Assembly (NCBI GenBank): GCA_965219685.1
Contig: CBDCOH010000002.1
Location: 3,712,001 to 3,776,000 of the forward strand
Direction of reading: 5' to 3'
DNA: 64,000 bases
DNA from: Candidatus Spongiisociaceae bacterium
GTDB lineage: Bacteria > Actinomycetota > Acidimicrobiia > Spongiisociales > Spongiisociaceae
Below the pieces are notes generated by a model. That model worked only from the letters and a program-made list of their open reading frames with translations. It was not told the DNA's origin and did no database searches. The translations under genes were made by a program, and so were the position numbers. Shown piece after piece: positions 57,561-64,000 of the stretch (positions are counted from its first letter, which is position 1; each line of letters opens with the position of its first letter).

Positions 57561-58795
57561 GGCAGAGGGGCCGGGAACGCCTCCGGGTAGATCTTCGGCA
57601 TCGCCTCGTCCAGCACGAAGTTCGTACCGTTGATGCCTCGGGAGGTACCCCAGATGAAGAAGTCCACCTCGTGTACCTCGCCATTCTGGACTGCCACGAG
57701 CTCTCTCCAGATCACATTGTCCACGAGCTGCTCGGACACCGGCTCCGGGGGTGTAGGCCCGAATCCGTAGGTCTGGACGAAGATGACATCGGGATCGACA
57801 GCTAGCAACTGCTCCACGGAGAAGCTCACGAACGGATTGTGGACATCACAGCTGGTGAACTCCGGGGGGTATGCCGTTGCGTGAGCCAGCGCATCTATGG
57901 CCGGCGTGCACACCGTTTCGGCGCCGATATTGACATCGGACCCGTACACCACCATGACGGACCTCTCGGTGGTGACTCCCGCAACGTACTGCTCGAGCCG
58001 GGCCTCGAATGCCGCCACCGCGTCCTCAGCCTCGTGTTCCATTCCGAGGAGGATTCCGACCTCGACGACATGAGCGAGCATTCCTTCGACGCCGATCGGG
58101 TTGACGATGAACAGGGGTGCGATGCTCTCGAGGGCGGCGCGCAGCCCGTCATGAACGCCGCCGAGTCCGATGACTATGTCGGGCTCCGCATGCGCGATGT
58201 CTTCCAGGCTCGGCTCGAAGAAGGATCCGCTGATGGGCCCGATCTCGTTCTCGTCCGGTCCCCAGTAGGCGGGATCCCGGTGTAGCAGGTCATTGGCGGC
58301 AACCGGCTTGATCCCGAGTACGAACAGAGTGTCGACGCAGAGTCCCGTGAGGCAGACAACCCGGACCGCCGGCGCCTCCAGCGTGACCATCTCACCGGTA
58401 GCGTCTTCGACGGTGCGGGGCTGATCAGACATCGCCCCATCCGCGTGGTCGTCGTCTTCGTGGTCATGGTCCGCGTGGTCGTCGTCGTGGTCGTCGTCGT
58501 CGTGGTTGTCGTCTTCGTGGTCATGGTCCGCGTGGTCGTCGTCTTCGTGTTCGTCGTCGTCGTCGGCGTGGTCGTCTTCGTGTTCGTCGTCTTCTTCTTC
58601 GTGGTCGTGTTCGTCGGTTGTCGGGGGTGCAGAGGTGGTGGTTGTGGTCTCGGCCATCACGGTGGTTGCCACCGTGATGTCGCTCGCGTCATCCCCGCCG
58701 CAGGCCGTTGCTACCAAGAACAGCGCAAACATCGCGGCGGCGGCCCGGGCAATCCGACCGGGTCCGGCCTTGGGTCCCTGGACACGCGACATCAC
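57557..58795 (-). CDS. Fe-siderophore-type substrate-binding lipoprotein with a His/Asp-rich N-terminal tract
   Basis: ATAC lipobox, about 55 aa of H/D/E, RVVCL, EPSLEDIA..EPD, AVQNGEVH. Confidence 0.87.
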   Translation of the reverse strand: MMSRVQGPKAGPGRIARAAAAMFALFLVATACGGDDASDITVATTVMAETTTTTSAPPTTDEHDHEEEDDEHEDDHADDDDEHEDDDHADHDHEDDNHDDDDHDDDHADHDHEDDDHADGAMSDQPRTVEDATGEMVTLEAPAVRVVCLTGLCVDTLFVLGIKPVAANDLLHRDPAYWGPDENEIGPISGSFFEPSLEDIAHAEPDIVIGLGGVHDGLRAALESIAPLFIVNPIGVEGMLAHVVEVGILLGMEHEAEDAVAAFEARLEQYVAGVTTERSVMVVYGSDVNIGAETVCTPAIDALAHATAYPPEFTSCDVHNPFVSFSVEQLLAVDPDVIFVQTYGFGPTPPEPVSEQLVDNVIWRELVAVQNGEVHEVDFFIWGTSRGINGTNFVLDEAMPKIYPEAFPAPLP

Positions 58796-58840
58796 GACCC
58801 TCCTTCGCTGGGTTTCTCCTCCGCTCGACTATGGTAACGG

Positions 58841-58855
58841 GAGTGATTCTCATTC
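58841..58855. promoter_or_regulatory. Fur-like box in a divergent promoter
   Basis: GAGTGATTCTCATTC (reverse complement GAATGAGAATCACTC). Confidence 0.6.
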
Positions 58856-58904
58856 GCAATAGGGACTCGTGCCGATACCGGCGGCGGAGGAGCGAGGACC
58901 GCAT

Positions 58905-60641
58905 ATGATGATCCACAGGCGAATCGTGGGGCTGACTGCCGGCGTGCGTCGGCTCCTTCTCCTCTCCATCGCGCTCGGCCTGGCCGTCTCCGCGACCTGG
59001 GTCGTCCAGGGGACGCTCATCGCGCTCGTCGTGCGCCGGATCCTCGACGGCGGCGGCTGGGATGCGATCGCCGGCTTCGTCGCCGCCGTCGCCGGCCTGA
59101 CCCTGCTCCGCGCGGTGCTGATCTTTGCCGGCGAAGTCCTGGCAAAGAACGTCTCAGCCGCCGTCAAGACCAAGCTGCGCCGCCGGCTGTTCGCTCAGCT
59201 GCTCCTGCTCGGACCCGGTTACCTGGAGCATACGGAAACGGGCAAGGTTCAAGCGACGTTGGTCGATGGGGTCGAAGCACTCGAGTCGTATGTCGGCTAC
59301 TACCTGCCCCATGCGGTGGTGTCGGTCGTAGTTCCCGTCTGCATCTTCGGCGTCATCGTGTCTCTCGATCCACTCATCGGCGTGGTGGTCCTGGCCTTCG
59401 CGCTGGCTGTGCCGCTCATCCCCCGCATCTGGGACCGCATCCTGGGGGAGTACGGCCAGCGGCACTGGGCGGCGTATTCGTCGCTGGATGCCCAGTTCGT
59501 CGACTCCATGCAGGGCATGGTCACGCTGAAAGCGCTGAACGCGAGCGAACGGCGGGGGGAACAACTCCGCGCTGCAAGCCAGACGCTCTACCGAGCCACC
59601 ATGGCGCAGCTCTCGATCTCGATGATCCGGAATGGACTGGTCGGGTTCGCGATGAGCGCCGGCGTCGCGCTCGCCGTCGGCATCGGGAGCTTCCAGGTCG
59701 TGGCCGGCGACCTGGACATCGCCGGGCTGCTGATCGTCCTCTTCCTCTCGGCCGAGTGCTTTCGACCCCTCGTCGAACTGGATGCCTACTGGCATGCCGG
59801 CTACATGGGCATCTCGGCTTCGACGGGCATATTCGAGCTGCTCGACACCGAACCGGGGATTCGTGACGCGGCCGCCGGGGGGACCGGCGTCGCCACATCG
59901 CCCGGCGGAGCGATCGCCCTGCACGACGTTACGTTTCGCTACTCGAGTGATGCCCGTCCGGCCCTCGAGGATGTATCCCTGAAGATTCGCGAGGGTGAGA
60001 CCCTCGCGATCGTCGGCAGCTCCGGTGCGGGAAAGACCACGGTCGCATCACTCCTGCTCCGGTTCTTCGATCCGCAGGAGGGTCGGCTGACGTTCGGTGA
60101 GACGGACTTCCGCGACATCCCACTGGACGACCTGCGGCGGTCCATCGGCTACGTCTCCCAGGACACGTATCTATTCGGTGGGACCATCGAGGAAAACCTC
60201 CGGATCGGCCGGCCCGACGCCACACCGGAGGCGATCCGGGACGCGGCCGCCAAGGCGAACATCCACGCCTTCATCCAGGCGCTTCCGGACGGCTACGACA
60301 CCATCGTGGGCGAGCGAGGCGCGAAGCTGTCGGGCGGCGAACGCCAGCGCATCGCCATCGCCCGGGCGCTCCTGAAGGACGCGCCGGTGCTCATCCTCGA
60401 CGAGGCCACCTCGAACCTCGACGGCGCCAACGAGGCGGCGATCCGCCAGGCACTCAGCCTCCTCACCAGGGGGCGGACCACCATCATCATCGCCCATCGC
60501 CTCTCGACGGTCGTGAACGCGGACCGAATCGTGGCGCTCGACAACGGCCGGGTCGCGGAGTCGGGCCGGCACGGGGATCTCGTGTCGCGCGGCGGCCACT
60601 ACGCGCAGTTGGTGCGCGCGCAGCGGGAAGGCGTCTCATGA
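58905..60641 (+). CDS. Fused permease-ATPase ABC half-transporter (YbtP/IrtA- or CydD-like)
   Basis: TM domain plus GSSGAGKTT, LSGGERQR, DEATSNLD. Confidence 0.85.
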   Translation: MMIHRRIVGLTAGVRRLLLLSIALGLAVSATWVVQGTLIALVVRRILDGGGWDAIAGFVAAVAGLTLLRAVLIFAGEVLAKNVSAAVKTKLRRRLFAQLLLLGPGYLEHTETGKVQATLVDGVEALESYVGYYLPHAVVSVVVPVCIFGVIVSLDPLIGVVVLAFALAVPLIPRIWDRILGEYGQRHWAAYSSLDAQFVDSMQGMVTLKALNASERRGEQLRAASQTLYRATMAQLSISMIRNGLVGFAMSAGVALAVGIGSFQVVAGDLDIAGLLIVLFLSAECFRPLVELDAYWHAGYMGISASTGIFELLDTEPGIRDAAAGGTGVATSPGGAIALHDVTFRYSSDARPALEDVSLKIREGETLAIVGSSGAGKTTVASLLLRFFDPQEGRLTFGETDFRDIPLDDLRRSIGYVSQDTYLFGGTIEENLRIGRPDATPEAIRDAAAKANIHAFIQALPDGYDTIVGERGAKLSGGERQRIAIARALLKDAPVLILDEATSNLDGANEAAIRQALSLLTRGRTTIIIAHRLSTVVNADRIVALDNGRVAESGRHGDLVSRGGHYAQLVRAQREGVS

Positions 60642-62449
60642 CCACGACGGGCGACCCGAGGACCGCGCCGGCGCAGGCCGGACGGAAGGCGACCCGGTTC
60701 TCGTCCGGGTTCTGGCAACTCCTCTGGATGATCCGGGGTTACTTCGGCCTCATGGCGGTCACGATCGTGACGGGCGTGTTGAACCAGGGCGCCACGATTG
60801 CCGCCGCGGCGCTCGGCGCCTACATGGTCGGCCAGGTTGCGGTCGGCGCCACTGCGGCCGAGCTTCGCACGCCTGCGGTTGCGCTGGGGGCCGCCGTCAT
60901 CCTCCGGGCCGTGATGGCGTGGGCCGAGATGTGGGTAGCGCATGATCTGGCCTACCGGATCCTGGCCGAACTGCGCGGCCATCTCTACTCAGCTCTCGAA
61001 CGGCTCGCCCCCGGCTACCTGATCCAGCGGCGGTCCGGCGACGTGGCGTCCACTGCCATGGCCGACATCGAAACCGCTGAGTGGTTCTATGCCCACACCG
61101 TCGGAACGTTCGTCGTGGCCGTCGTGGTTCCGTTCCTGGCGTTCGCCACCCTGGGAGCGATGCACTGGACCCTTGCGCTCGTGCTTCTGCCGTTCGCGGT
61201 TCTGGTCGCCGGCGCGCCACTCGTGCTGCGGCGTCGCGCCGCCAGGCAGGGCGACGCGCTGAGGGCCGACCTCGGCAATCTGAACGCGGAGGTTGTGGAC
61301 GGCGTGCAGGGCCTGCGCGAGCTGGTGGCCTTCGGCTCCCAGCGGAGGTACCTCGCCAACCTCGAGTCCCACAGCAAGCGGCTCGTCCGCTCGCAACTGG
61401 TCTATGGAATGCGGGCAGGGGTCGAGCAGGGCGCCGTGGTGGCGTTCATGAGCGGTGGCATGCTGAGCGTCGTTGCGGTTGCGGCAAACCACGTTTCGCG
61501 TGGTGACCTCGACCCTGCCTACTACCCCGTGGCGATCACGCTCGCCATCTTTGTCTTCGTCCCGATTCTCGCCGTTGCGAAGGTGGCCCAGAGTCTCGGG
61601 ATCGTCTTCGCGTCGGCCGACCGCGCCTTCCACCTGTTGCGTGAACCGGCGCCGGTCAAGGACGCCCCGGGGGCCACTCCGCCGGATTCCGAGGTGGAGC
61701 CCCGAGTCACTTTCACCGGAGTGACGTTCGGCTACCCCGGCGGCGGGGCTCCCGCCTTGCAGGATGTTTCACTCGAGATCGCGCCCGGGGAAACCGTGGC
61801 GCTCGTGGGCCATTCCGGGGCGGGGAAGACCACTTGCGCGAGCCTGCTCATGCGCTTCTGGGATGTAGGCGCCGGAACCATTGCCATCGGGGGCCACGAC
61901 GTACGCCACCTGCCCCAGCGCTTCCTCCGAGAGATCATCGCGTGGGTGCCGCAGGACATCTATCTCTTCAATACGAGCCTGCGGGAGAACATTCGCATGG
62001 CACGCCCCCGAGCCACCGACGCCGAGGTCGAGAACGCAGCACGGACGGCCCTGGCGCACGAGTTCATCACCGATATGCCCCGCGGCTACGACACCGTCGC
62101 AGGGGAGCGCGGCGTTCAGATGTCCGGTGGCCAGCGCCAGCGCATCGCGATCGCCCGGGCCCTGCTGAAGGACTCACCGGTCCTCGTACTCGACGAAGCG
62201 GTGTCGAGTCTCGACACTCGCAACGAGCAGGAACTCAACCTGGCGCTCCATGCTGTCCGCCAGGGGCGGGCGACCCTCGTCATCGCTCACCGGCTGTCGA
62301 CGATTCGCAGCGCCGACCGGATCGTCGTCCTCGAGGAAGGGCGTGTGGTGGAACAGGGCACCCATGACGACCTCCTTGGTCACGGCCGCGTCTACCGCTC
62401 GCTGATCGCCGCACAGACCGAGGCGGCCCACCGTGTCTCCACCGGGTAG
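60638..62449 (+). CDS. Fused permease-ATPase ABC half-transporter (YbtQ/IrtB- or CydC-like)
   Basis: TM domain plus GHSGAGKTT, MSGGQRQR, DEAVSSLD. Confidence 0.85.
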   Translation: MTTTGDPRTAPAQAGRKATRFSSGFWQLLWMIRGYFGLMAVTIVTGVLNQGATIAAAALGAYMVGQVAVGATAAELRTPAVALGAAVILRAVMAWAEMWVAHDLAYRILAELRGHLYSALERLAPGYLIQRRSGDVASTAMADIETAEWFYAHTVGTFVVAVVVPFLAFATLGAMHWTLALVLLPFAVLVAGAPLVLRRRAARQGDALRADLGNLNAEVVDGVQGLRELVAFGSQRRYLANLESHSKRLVRSQLVYGMRAGVEQGAVVAFMSGGMLSVVAVAANHVSRGDLDPAYYPVAITLAIFVFVPILAVAKVAQSLGIVFASADRAFHLLREPAPVKDAPGATPPDSEVEPRVTFTGVTFGYPGGGAPALQDVSLEIAPGETVALVGHSGAGKTTCASLLMRFWDVGAGTIAIGGHDVRHLPQRFLREIIAWVPQDIYLFNTSLRENIRMARPRATDAEVENAARTALAHEFITDMPRGYDTVAGERGVQMSGGQRQRIAIARALLKDSPVLVLDEAVSSLDTRNEQELNLALHAVRQGRATLVIAHRLSTIRSADRIVVLEEGRVVEQGTHDDLLGHGRVYRSLIAAQTEAAHRVSTG

Positions 62450-62573
62450 GCGCCTCGCCCCCGACGCGACCTGGGTCAGGACGCACAGCCGCGGTGGGCG
62501 AGGAACATCGGTTCCGGGGGCCGTGGCGGCATCCGCCCGGATCGGCCCGGTGTGTAGCCCGGTTGCCGTTACA

Positions 62574-62592
62574 AATGAGAATCATTATCATT
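62574..62592. promoter_or_regulatory. Fur/Zur-like box
   Basis: AATGAGAATCATTATCATT, overlapping NATWAT-type hexamers. Confidence 0.7.
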
Positions 62593-62639
62593 CATTTGCC
62601 TCATGACAGCCGTCGAGTGACCGAGAAGGAGGACTTGGA

Positions 62640-64000
62640 GTGTTGACAATGCCGGATCGTAAGACAGGCTTAGGACGTATGGCCCGGGTATTGACTGCGG
62701 GCCTCGTCATGTTCGTTGTGGCTCTCCTGGCTGCCTGCGGGGATGACCCGGACACGCAGACGACGGAAGCGTCGGCAACAACTGCCGCCGTCGAGAGCGC
62801 CACACCCTCCGGCCCGCCGATCCAGGTGGTGGCAACCACCAACTTCGTGGCTGACTGGGCTCGAGTCGTGGGTGGAGAGAGGGTCGAGGTCTTCGGCCTG
62901 CTGCAACCGGGTGGTGATCCGCACTCATTCCAGCCGGGAGCGCGCGACGTTGCCAGGGTGGCGGATGCGGATGTCGTGTTCACTGTCGGTCTCGGTCTGG
63001 AAGCAGATTGGCTGGACGATCTGTTACGCAGTGCCAGCGCGGATGAGTCCCGGATTGTCGCGCTTGGCGACTTTGTGGATCCCATCGAGTTCGCGGACGA
63101 CATGCACGATGATCATGCGGATCACGACGATGACCACGCGGATCACGCGGATGATCATATGGATCACGATGATCACGAGGATGATCATGCGGATCACGAC
63201 GACCACGCGGATGACGCCCATGGCGAGATGATCGCGGGCCGCCTGGTCGTGGCGGATGCGGCAGAAGCGCACCTTTCGGTCATCGATCTGTCGACTGATG
63301 ACGTTGACAGCGGGATCTTCGAGGTCGCCGCGCCCGGCGCGACCGTGTATCCCAGTCCCACCCATCGCTACGCCATCGTCCTCGCCCGCGGGCCGGAGGA
63401 CAGCGACGACCGCATCCATGTCTTCGACGGCGGGGTGTTCCTCGTCCCGCACGGCGATCACTACGACCTGGTCAGCGAGCCCGTGTCACGCCACTCGCTC
63501 GAGATCGCCGAGGAAATGCCGGTCCATTACGTCAACACCCACGGCTGGACCACGATCTTCGCCGACGCCGAGGGCCACGTGATCCTGATCAACGAGCAAG
63601 ATCTGGCCAACTCGACGGGCGACTATGAACCGATCGTGCTCGAGGCCGGGCCGCAACATGGCGCAGCTCTGGTGATCTCAGAGGGACACATCGCCGTCAC
63701 GACTCCGCATCCGGAGTACGCCGAAAACCCCGATTTCTGGAACATTCTTCCAGAAGGTGTTGAAGTGCGTACGTTTGACAACGAACTCGTCTTCGACGCG
63801 GGCGAATGCCATCGCCTGCACGGCGAATCGCATAACGCGCACGGCGCCGTCTTCGGATGCTGGGACGGGACGCTCTTCCTGGACGCGCACGACGGCGAGT
63901 ACGAGCGTGAGCTCATCCCATATCCACCGGAGGCCGGCGAATACGGAGAGTTCGCGATCGGCCAGTACTTCGGTCATCATCACAGCGACCACTTCTTCGG
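62640..64000 (+). CDS. ZnuA/TroA-type metal-binding lipoprotein fused to an AztD-like domain; runs off the window and is absent from the ORF track
   Basis: Manual translation: LAAC, VVATTNFVADWARVVGG, GGDPHSFQP, His/Asp loop, then VPHGDHYD, QHGAA, CHRLHGE, FGCWDG; no stop before 64000. Confidence 0.82.
   Translation, partial: MLTMPDRKTGLGRMARVLTAGLVMFVVALLAACGDDPDTQTTEASATTAAVESATPSGPPIQVVATTNFVADWARVVGGERVEVFGLLQPGGDPHSFQPGARDVARVADADVVFTVGLGLEADWLDDLLRSASADESRIVALGDFVDPIEFADDMHDDHADHDDDHADHADDHMDHDDHEDDHADHDDHADDAHGEMIAGRLVVADAAEAHLSVIDLSTDDVDSGIFEVAAPGATVYPSPTHRYAIVLARGPEDSDDRIHVFDGGVFLVPHGDHYDLVSEPVSRHSLEIAEEMPVHYVNTHGWTTIFADAEGHVILINEQDLANSTGDYEPIVLEAGPQHGAALVISEGHIAVTTPHPEYAENPDFWNILPEGVEVRTFDNELVFDAGECHRLHGESHNAHGAVFGCWDGTLFLDAHDGEYERELIPYPPEAGEYGEFAIGQYFGHHHSDHFF

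Overview
GC-rich actinobacterial-like DNA; Thr-rich lipoprotein linkers, apparent leaderless starts and tandem ARG boxes suggest Acidimicrobiia, which is an inference. Region 1-33.6 kb is a mosaic catabolic island of hydrolases and oxidoreductases with many paralog pairs: PTER/Php-like, VOC, amidohydrolase_2 and an unknown two-repeat protein. Its centrepiece (18.6-25.8 kb) is an apparently undescribed bacterial microcompartment operon. It has one BMC-H, one BMC-P and one BMC-T gene, a non-acylating aldehyde dehydrogenase, and what look like the two halves of a split cucumopine-synthase/McbB-type Pictet-Spenglerase homolog. Two of these enzymes carry the same EutQ/EutT-like N-terminal module. 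The rest of the window holds a shattered PTE gene (30.2-32.7 kb), a PotABCD-like transporter with a CocE/NonD hydrolase, a short serA ending in a heptamer repeat, argCJBD, an ECF sigma-ogt pair, and a metal/siderophore uptake cluster with Fur-like boxes. It ends in a ZnuA::AztD-like fusion that runs off the window. No rRNA, tRNA, CRISPR array or transposase was recognised. All family calls are by-eye motif recognition, not database results.
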